Shown here in pieces: positions 1 through 4,246 of a DNA stretch of 5,734 nt; the stretch's first letter is position 1, and each line of letters opens with the position of its first letter. The notes below the pieces were generated by a model that saw only the letters and a list, made by a program, of their open reading frames with translations, was not told the DNA's origin and did not search any database. Origin of the DNA: a virus; IMG/VR virus record IMGVR_UViG_3300017613_000266, positions 1 to 5,734 of that record, one strand, 5' to 3'. The position numbers were made by a program, and so were the translations under genes.

Positions 1-99
1 AACATAATTATTCTTAGTCCTAGTAATATAATTTCTATTCTCATCATTTATCCAATTAGCTCCAATTCCTGGATTCTTACTCATAAACTGCATCGGCTT
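1..99. repeat. Terminal direct repeat, copy 1: exact duplicate of 5636-5734, consistent with the end overlap of a circular contig
   Basis: Base-by-base comparison shows 1-99 (aacataattattctt...aaactgcatcggctt) is identical to 5636-5734. This implies a 5635-nt unit. One minus-strand reading frame passes through the repeat. Confidence 0.95.
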
Positions 100-798
100 C
101 TGTCTTATCTCTTTCTCTTCATCCCACCAATGTCCAACCTGCTTCATCATATAACCTGCTACATATGCACACCTATGTCTATTCACCTCTCCAATACTAA
201 CAAACCCTTTACCCCATATTTCTTCTAACACTGTACTATACTCTTCTCCGTGTATCGGATCATACTTATACCATTCTCTCGGCAAATTCCATATCAATAT
301 ATGCCAATGACTCCTCTCTGTATCATCCTCACCGTACTCACCACAGCCAAAATAACGCATCTTAGGGCTCCATTTTCCAGTCTTCTCACTCTTTTTAACA
401 TATCTTATAGCTTCATCCCACATCTTCGTATCTCCGGCCTCTGGCGCACCTTTTACCTTCTTGAACAACGTCACGTTGTCATTCATCACTTTCGACCTAC
501 ACTTCTTCAAAAAAAGTTGTATATCTCTTAGCTCTAAACTATTCACCAATCTTGTATAATCTCCGCCCCACTTCTTACTATCTTTATCCCACAACGTTCC
601 ACTTACTCCATGCTCATTCCTATACGGTAAATACTTTTCATCATAAGTCAACGTCACAAATCTTGCGGTCTCTGCAACGTCTGTCTCATTCATAATCCTA
701 AATGTCCATACACTCTGCTTATTCTGCAAACATATAACACACTTACCACAAGGGACCTTCTGACCACCCCGTACATACATCTCACTTACACATTTCAT
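1..798 (-). CDS. VP4: Rolling-circle replication initiator (Microviridae VP4, phiX174 A-like HUH endonuclease), N-terminal 266 codons. It continues across the circular junction into 5300-5635, giving 377 aa in total.
   Basis: Hand translation of the minus strand from the ATG at 798-796 down to base 1 finds no stop: MKCVSEMYVRGGQKVPCGKCVICLQNKQSVWTFRIMNETDVAETARFVTLTYDEKYLP... It contains the Cys cluster CGKCVIC, RCR motif 1 FVTLTY (643-660), the HUH motif HWH within SHWHILIW (301-309), and the two-tyrosine motif YVAGYMMK (142-165), which has the same Y-x3-Y spacing as phiX174 protein A. An in-frame TAA lies five codons upstream of the ATG. The frame matches the 5300-5728 ORF through the repeat, because 798-93=705 is divisible by 3. 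Confidence 0.9.
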   Translation of the reverse strand, partial: MKCVSEMYVRGGQKVPCGKCVICLQNKQSVWTFRIMNETDVAETARFVTLTYDEKYLPYRNEHGVSGTLWDKDSKKWGGDYTRLVNSLELRDIQLFLKKCRSKVMNDNVTLFKKVKGAPEAGDTKMWDEAIRYVKKSEKTGKWSPKMRYFGCGEYGEDDTERSHWHILIWNLPREWYKYDPIHGEEYSTVLEEIWGKGFVSIGEVNRHRCAYVAGYMMKQVGHWWDEEKEIRQKPMQFMSKNPGIGANWINDENRNYITRTKNNYV

Positions 799-863
799 TT
801 CAATACAGGCTTAGTCCTTCTTACAAATATACTCCTTCGCTTCCGCTTCCTTTTCTTACTCAT
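795..863 (-). CDS. 22-aa extremely basic peptide, candidate J/ORF8-like DNA-binding packaging protein (not in the supplied ORF track)
   Basis: Hand translation gives atg agt aag aaa agg aag cgg aag cga agg agt ata ttt gta aga agg act aag cct gta ttg aaa tga = MSKKRKRKRRSIFVRRTKPVLK, with 12 of 22 residues K/R and none acidic. A strong Shine-Dalgarno GGAGGA (869-874) sits 5 nt upstream of the ATG. The ATG overlaps the TGA of the 65-aa ORF (ATGA, 860-863), and its own TGA overlaps the VP4 ATG (ATGA, 795-798), so it exactly fills the apparent gap. Confidence 0.5.
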   Translation of the reverse strand: MSKKRKRKRRSIFVRRTKPVLK

Positions 864-1057
864 ATCAATCCTCCTTTCTTCAATTTAATTTTAGCCAATT
901 CTCTCTGCAATTCATCTATATCTCTTCTAGCATCCTCTGCAAAACCTATTAACTGCTTAATGTACCACATTTGCTGTCCAGTCCATACTTTATCACCTTG
1001 TATTTCTCCTGATAATTCCTCCAGGCTAATTGCCTGTTCTTTGCTTTTATCATCCAT
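860..1057 (-). CDS. Hypothetical protein, 65 aa
   Basis: ORF from the supplied track (MDDKSKEQAISLEELSGEIQ...). The Shine-Dalgarno-like AAGAGGA lies about 7 nt upstream of the ATG at 1057. It shares strand and polarity with all core genes, starts 13 nt after the preceding ORF, and ends in an ATGA overlap with the next ORF. I recognise no motif. Confidence 0.6.
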   Translation of the reverse strand: MDDKSKEQAISLEELSGEIQGDKVWTGQQMWYIKQLIGFAEDARRDIDELQRELAKIKLKKGGLI

Positions 1058-1070
1058 GTCAAGTCCTCTT

Positions 1071-1244
1071 TCATGTCAAAAACTTTACATCATCATCCTC
1101 ATCATCCAACCATGCCTCTATCGCTCCATCAACTATTCTCACTATAGCATCATCTACTTCAGTCTCTGTCTTACTTGCTGCCTTTTCTAGTACCCTTAAT
1201 ACTATCGGCCATACTGCTCTTATTACATTCTTTACTATGTTCAT
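1071..1244 (-). CDS. Hypothetical protein, 57 aa, with an amphipathic/hydrophobic N-terminus and an acidic C-terminus (not in the supplied ORF track)
   Basis: Hand translation gives MNIVKNVIRAVWPIVLRVLEKAASKTETEVDDAIVRIVDGAIEAWLDDEDDDVKFLT. A strong Shine-Dalgarno GAGGAGGA sits 6 nt upstream of the ATG at 1244-1242. The ATG overlaps the TGA of the upstream 52-aa ORF (ATGA at 1241-1244). The stop is TGA at 1071-1073. Confidence 0.6.
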   Translation of the reverse strand: MNIVKNVIRAVWPIVLRVLEKAASKTETEVDDAIVRIVDGAIEAWLDDEDDDVKFLT

Positions 1245-1399
1245 ATCAATTCCTCCTCTGGTGTTTCTTTAGTTACTATTTCCAATATCAACTGCATCCA
1301 CTTCAATCCATCTATCTCTGTTACATTCTCTTCTATTCTCTTCCACATCTCTATGTGAACTCTTACCAACATCTCCTGTCGATCTTTGCTCAATTTCAT
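1241..1399 (-). CDS. Hypothetical protein, 52 aa (not in the supplied ORF track)
   Basis: Hand translation gives MKLSKDRQEMLVRVHIEMWKRIEENVTEIDGLKWMQLILEIVTKETPEEELI. The ATG at 1399-1397 overlaps the TGA of the 87-aa ORF (ATGA at 1396-1399). Its own TGA overlaps the next ATG. AAGGAAG lies about 7 nt upstream. Confidence 0.55.
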   Translation of the reverse strand: MKLSKDRQEMLVRVHIEMWKRIEENVTEIDGLKWMQLILEIVTKETPEEELI

Positions 1400-1659
1400 A
1401 GCTCTACTTCCTTATTTTCCTTAATAAACTTCTGCAAACTTTCCTTAGTCTCATTATCCATCTGCGTTACCATAACTCTATACGCACTGTTTCTATAAGT
1501 ACTCTTATTCCCAGCCATATAAATCGTCACTTCTAGGGGGGTTTTGATCTTATCAAGATCCTTCATTACTCCTAACGCCACATTAGCGTTTCTTACATTC
1601 TGAGCCAACAATTCCTGCTCACTAAATTCTCCTTTAAAAACTGTCTTTTCGTCTGCCAT
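1396..1659 (-). CDS. Hypothetical protein, 87 aa
   Basis: ORF from the supplied track (MADEKTVFKGEFSEQELLAQNV...). It is co-oriented with the core genes, and its stop is part of an ATGA overlap with the next ORF. There is no clear Shine-Dalgarno. The start lies inside copy A of a 36-37-nt repeated leader. I recognise no motif. Confidence 0.6.
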   Translation of the reverse strand: MADEKTVFKGEFSEQELLAQNVRNANVALGVMKDLDKIKTPLEVTIYMAGNKSTYRNSAYRVMVTQMDNETKESLQKFIKENKEVEL

Positions 1660-1687
1660 AACATTTCATTTATTAGTTATTATTACT
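1651..1687. repeat. Imperfect direct repeat, copy A (pairs with 1762-1797), covering the leader plus the first three codons of the 87-aa ORF
   Basis: Given strand: gtctgccataacatttcatttattagttattattact here versus gtctgccataacatttcatttttagtttatattact at 1762-1797. The first 21 nt are identical, and the rest differs by a few substitutions and one indel. Confidence 0.85.
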
Positions 1688-1770
1688 AATTTACCTATTC
1701 GCTTTAAATCGCGATTCTTTCTAATCTCTTTACGGATGCGACGCATCCTTGTTCCATAACTGTCTGCCAT
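1666..1770 (-). CDS. 34-aa basic peptide, a second candidate small DNA-binding protein (not in the supplied ORF track)
   Basis: Hand translation gives MADSYGTRMRRIRKEIRKNRDLKRIGKLVIITNK, with 12 K/R and 3 D/E. The ATG at 1770-1768 lies 22 nt after the VP2 stop. The TGA at 1666-1668 lies 6 nt before the 87-aa ORF start. There is no clear Shine-Dalgarno. It shares the leader and the MAD start with the 87-aa ORF through the direct repeat. Confidence 0.4.
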   Translation of the reverse strand: MADSYGTRMRRIRKEIRKNRDLKRIGKLVIITNK

Positions 1771-1797
1771 AACATTTCATTTTTAGTTTATATTACT
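1762..1797. repeat. Imperfect direct repeat, copy B (pairs with 1651-1687), covering the VP2 stop, the leader and the first three codons of the 34-aa ORF
   Basis: See copy A. On the minus strand both copies read agtaata...aaatgaaatgttATGGCAGAC. Confidence 0.85.
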
Positions 1798-2758
1798 GTA
1801 TCTCTGGGACAAACTTAGGTACTCCGCCCCATCCTTTATTACCATCTTTTCCACCTTTTAACTTATAGGCTCCTTTACCAATCTTCTTATCACCACGTCT
1901 GTCTTTCCACTTTCCTGTTGCTACATCTTGCATAAAATTCCTGAAACTATAATCATTACCACTGTATAACTTTCCAAACAGTCCAGGCAATATTTTATTA
2001 GGTATCTTATATCCAAACTTATTTATATGACTCCATTCCTGACTATTCAAATTTACTACACTATCCAACTGTCTTATCTGTGCCTGTCCATGCAACAATC
2101 CCATTATCTTCTCAAACTCTAAATACTCATTACTTATTATCTGTGCTGCGTTCCTATATCCAATACCTTTAATATCCAAATTATTTATCAATCCTCTCTG
2201 TGTCATCAAACCTGTCTCTATCCTGACCTGTTGTTTCTTCTCTGGCCTGTCTTCTTGCTCATAGCCCCAACGACCCTTCTCTCTATTCAGCTCAAATCTG
2301 TTTCTATCATTCTGTATTCCTACTGCATCTGCTTGGCTTAACTTTAAATCCCTTTCAGCTCTCATATTATCCAAACTCTGACTCTGGTTCTTCAAATTCA
2401 TATAATCACCTATCGGATCCACATTTTTCATTGTATTCTCAACATTCGCCGGCGCCACTCCTTGTGCAGGCGCTCCACTATTACCACCACCCATACCTTC
2501 TAATGCCAACATAGGGTGTAAACCCGCATCACTCATCCTCTGCATCTGCGCCTCTGGCGTATTATACTGATTCTGCATATGCCACATATTTTCGTTCCAG
2601 TTCAACTGCTTCTGCTGTAACTTCTTATTTGCTTTATTAGCTGCTAACTGCCCAAAAAAACTTCCTGCGCTGCTTATAGCTGCACCCCCTAACATTGCTA
2701 ATGGTCCCATACCTTGTACATTTTGTGATTCTGCTATATTCTGAGTTCTCCAATTCAT
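1793..2758 (-). CDS. VP2: DNA pilot / minor capsid protein (Microviridae VP2, phiX174 H-like)
   Basis: This is a 321-aa ORF. It has a Gly/Ala-rich N-terminal segment (GMGPLAMLGGAAISSAGSFFGQLAA) followed by NWNENMWHMQNQYNTPEAQMQRMSDAGLHPMLAL. As I recall, this matches the conserved Y-N-(S/T)-P-x-x-Q-x-x-R-x-x-x-AGLNP block of gokushovirus-type VP2 proteins. AGGAG (2761-2765) sits only 2 nt before the ATG, so the exact start is somewhat uncertain. Confidence 0.8.
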   Translation of the reverse strand: MNWRTQNIAESQNVQGMGPLAMLGGAAISSAGSFFGQLAANKANKKLQQKQLNWNENMWHMQNQYNTPEAQMQRMSDAGLHPMLALEGMGGGNSGAPAQGVAPANVENTMKNVDPIGDYMNLKNQSQSLDNMRAERDLKLSQADAVGIQNDRNRFELNREKGRWGYEQEDRPEKKQQVRIETGLMTQRGLINNLDIKGIGYRNAAQIISNEYLEFEKIMGLLHGQAQIRQLDSVVNLNSQEWSHINKFGYKIPNKILPGLFGKLYSGNDYSFRNFMQDVATGKWKDRRGDKKIGKGAYKLKGGKDGNKGWGGVPKFVPEIQ

Positions 2759-2769
2759 AGCTCCTACAT

Positions 2770-2806
2770 ATTACAACTTTTTTACCTTAATTACAACTTT
2801 TTTTTT
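2770..2806. promoter_or_regulatory. Tandem 14-nt repeat (attacaactttttt twice, 20-nt period) immediately upstream of VP2; possible promoter or operator
   Basis: Exact copies lie at 2770-2783 and 2790-2803, and the second runs into a T9 tract (2798-2806). On the coding strand this reads AAAAAAGTTGTAAT twice. It can also be read as TTGTAA-N17-TAATAT, a weak sigma70-like -35/-10 pair, although the implied start site would truncate the VP2 ribosome-binding site. Confidence 0.3.
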
Positions 2807-2810
2807 CATC

Positions 2811-3095
2811 ACCTCACGATGACTTTAGTGATCGTGTGTGATATACACTTGCCGCTAGGCTTGAGGGCCGAACATCACGAAGTGAGGCCCTCCATTTCTT
2901 TCCGAAAACCCTCCTCATGTAGAGGGTTTTCTTTTACCCGCGGTGGACCCAGTCATGAGACTGAGTTCCTCCCCGGGTAAGTATTGAGCACGTTCTCTCT
3001 TGTTGTATACGTGCTCTCTGACACTATTTGCTTTTAGAAGGGAGAAATTTCTTCCTCCCTTCCGAGACTCAACGTCACAATTACGGCAGACGTTC
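2811..3095. other. GC-enriched, hairpin-dense intergenic island (structured DNA/RNA element of unknown function)
   Basis: Stem-loops found by eye are listed here. (1) 2863-2892: gagggcc/ggccctc with a tcac-gaa-gtga tip. (2) 2904-2931: gaaaaccctc/gagggttttc. (3) 2934-2980: ttacccg/cgggtaa outer stem with a cagtc-atga-gactg tip. (4) 2986-3016: gagcacgt/acgtgctc. (5) 3037-3062: gaagggag/ctcccttc. Weaker ones lie at 2815-2836 and 3071-3093. My hand count for 2811-3140 gives about 50% G+C. Confidence 0.6.
2904..2940. terminator. Intrinsic-terminator-like hairpin with flanking A and T tracts (potentially bidirectional)
   Basis: A 10-bp stem (gaaaaccctc 2904-2913 with gagggttttc 2922-2931) closes an 8-nt loop. 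On the given strand it is followed by ttttctttt. On the coding strand the same stem is followed only by ttttcgg, and those T residues can pair with the upstream A tract. Confidence 0.45.
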
Positions 3096-3136
3096 CCCCT
3101 CTTGCGTGCGTGTATTTCTCTGCGCGCGTGCATCAT
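2915..3136 (-). CDS. Doubtful 73-aa Arg/Lys-rich ORF lying over the hairpin island
   Basis: ORF from the supplied track (MMHARREIHARKRGNVCRNCDV...), with about 17 basic and 7 acidic residues. Its TGA overlaps the ATG of a further 34-aa Arg-rich ORF (2814-2918) as ATGA. Three points count against it: its codon composition (CGC, GCG) is unlike the other genes, the ribosome-binding site is weak, and it coincides with the stems. Confidence 0.2.
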   Translation of the reverse strand: MMHARREIHARKRGNVCRNCDVESRKGGRNFSLLKANSVREHVYNKRERAQYLPGEELSLMTGSTAGKRKPST

Positions 3137-3410
3137 CTCTCACTTCTGCCTCTTGACGTTTCCACTCTTCGAATTCTGCTCTTTCTTTTCGAGCTTCTTC
3201 TTCCTCAGCTTCCTGTCGTTCTCTAGCTTTTGTCTGTTCATCTTCGTACCTCCTTTGTTCTAACTCTTTCAACTCATTAGCCACCAATTCTCTTCCTGTT
3301 AGCCTGTCTTGTCTTATCTGCTGAGCATATACTGGCTGCTTCAGCATCTCATTATTCTCAGCCCAGTAATCTCTACTGAACTGGGCTCGGTATCGGTCTT
3401 CCTTTTTCAT
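3081..3410 (-). CDS. Hypothetical protein, 109 aa, with a highly charged E/R/K-rich C-terminal half; possibly the distal part of a VP3-like scaffolding gene
   Basis: ORF from the supplied track (MKKEDRYRAQFSRDYWAENNEMLKQPVYAQQIRQDRL...ERQEAEEEEARKERAEFEEWKRQEAE...). It is co-oriented and overlaps the 76-aa ORF by 38 nt in the +1 frame. The ribosome-binding site is weak. Confidence 0.55.
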   Translation of the reverse strand: MKKEDRYRAQFSRDYWAENNEMLKQPVYAQQIRQDRLTGRELVANELKELEQRRYEDEQTKARERQEAEEEEARKERAEFEEWKRQEAEVRDDARAQRNTRTQEGERLP

Positions 3411-3603
3411 ATCTATCCATTAATTCTTTAATACTTTTACTTTGTCCAGGCACTGTTAAACTTACCCAATCATCTGGATCATATTCACCTTTTACATCAT
3501 CTGCACTAAATCTCTCTTCTCTTGTTAGCTTCTTACATCGGCCTTGTGCCGATCCTATCCACTTACGATCTTTTCCCATCGTCAATTCTTTCAATGTACT
3601 CAT
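3373..3603 (-). CDS. Hypothetical protein, 76 aa; possible VP3-like internal scaffolding protein (N-terminal part)
   Basis: ORF from the supplied track. A strong Shine-Dalgarno AGGAGGAG lies directly upstream of the ATG at 3603, which is 13 nt after the VP1 stop. The segment SLTVPGQSKSIKELMDRYEKG loosely resembles, from memory, the SLTxQ...DINxI...TG block of gokushovirus VP3. Confidence 0.6.
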   Translation of the reverse strand: MSTLKELTMGKDRKWIGSAQGRCKKLTREERFSADDVKGEYDPDDWVSLTVPGQSKSIKELMDRYEKGRPIPSPVQ

Positions 3604-3616
3604 ATCTCCTCCTATT

Positions 3617-4246
3617 TTATACTGGTATATCTGTCAAATACATAGGTCTTACAAACTGCGCATCATTATACACTGTATAATACAAATGATGCTCTGTTCC
3701 CGTACTCTGAAATATTCTCAGATTTTCATCTTCTCCATAATCAATTATTGCTCCTGCTGATCCTAAAGCTGTCGGCGCTCCTGTTATATCATGTACATCA
3801 GCCATATGAAAATCATCTAATCCTCCTGCTCCAGCATCCATTGCAAACTCACCACAAACATAACTTGGATAATACTTATATTCAGCCCATCTTTGTTGGT
3901 ATCCCCAAGTTCCATCGTTCGTTCCTGCACCACCATCTAGTTCAAAGCCTTTCTCCATGTTAAGTATTTCCTGATCTCCAATTCCTTGAAAATACGGATT
4001 ATAAAATTCCGTTCTGTCTCCTGTTGCACCCTTAATAAAAAACCTATCTATCCTATTACCATACGCCGTCCTTGGCACCACACTCATCAAACTTATTACA
4101 ACACCAAATTCTGTAGCATTCAACCTAACATTATTAGTACTTCCCTGCACTCCTGCCAATCCTGCCTTATATCCTGCTGGCACCTGTACATCATCCGCTG
4201 CTGTTGCGTGCGTCAACACGTCTTGCTGGTTAACCACACTATTCAC
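3617..4246 (-). CDS. VP1: Major capsid protein (VP1/F family), C-terminal fragment downstream of the frame break
   Basis: This 209-aa ORF has only a GTG at its 5' end and no ribosome-binding site. Its frame is closed by a TAG (4271-4273) immediately upstream of the homopolymer. Together the two fragments span 1687 nt (3617-5303), one base more than a multiple of 3. Removing one base would give 561 aa, a typical microvirus capsid size. Confidence 0.85.
   Translation of the reverse strand: MNSVVNQQDVLTHATAADDVQVPAGYKAGLAGVQGSTNNVRLNATEFGVVISLMSVVPRTAYGNRIDRFFIKGATGDRTEFYNPYFQGIGDQEILNMEKGFELDGGAGTNDGTWGYQQRWAEYKYYPSYVCGEFAMDAGAGGLDDFHMADVHDITGAPTALGSAGAIIDYGEDENLRIFQSTGTEHHLYYTVYNDAQFVRPMYLTDIPV

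Noticed and set aside
1-99. Terminal repeats as the ends of a mobile element or a prophage att duplication
   Set aside because: The repeat is direct, exact, and lies inside the Rep coding sequence with the frame preserved across the join. This fits circular-contig overlap rather than a transposon or integration scar.
250-531. 93-aa plus-strand ORF from the supplied track
   Set aside because: It lies antisense to the Rep gene, which carries unmistakable HUH and tyrosine motifs. The product is low-complexity and hydrophobic, as expected from the T/C-rich non-coding strand, and there is no ribosome-binding site.
1284-1291. TTGATATT on the coding strand, identical to the core around the phiX174 origin nick site (CAACTTGATATTAATAAC)
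   Set aside because: The match is only 8 nt in an AT-rich genome, so a chance occurrence is plausible. The flanks do not match. TTGATAT recurs at four places because it is part of the stop/start junction sequences.
960-1498. Three overlapping plus-strand ORFs (76, 80 and 107 aa)
   Set aside because: They are shadow frames opposite the coupled minus-strand small ORFs. Their translations are Ser/Leu/Ile/Phe/Cys-rich low-complexity strings typical of the pyrimidine-rich antisense strand.
2811-3095. A tRNA, hammerhead/HDV-like ribozyme, or XerCD dif-like attachment site within the structured island
   Set aside because: I found no T-loop (GTTCRA) or cloverleaf of tRNA size, no CUGAUGA plus GAAA hammerhead core, and no dif-like XerC arm / 6-nt spacer / TTATGTTAAAT-type XerD arm. 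This was inspection by eye only, so a covariance-model search is still worthwhile.
3101-3132. Alternating purine-pyrimidine tracts (gcgtgcgtgt, tgcgcgcgtgca) as a Z-DNA-forming element
   Set aside because: The tracts are short (11-12 nt) and fall within the Arg/Ala-rich end of the 109-aa ORF. They are better treated as part of the compositional island than as a separate feature.
3000-3263. 87-aa plus-strand ORF
   Set aside because: It lies antisense to the 109-aa ORF and the island. Its SFFFLSFLSFSSF-type repeats are the complement of the GAA/GAG-rich coding strand.
4239-4241. Stop-codon reassignment (TAG read as sense) as the explanation for the VP1 break
   Set aside because: Reading through the TAG in the same frame hits a TAA three codons later (tag tgt ggt taa). 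The conserved C-terminal capsid sequence is in the +1 frame, so only a frame change reunites the gene.
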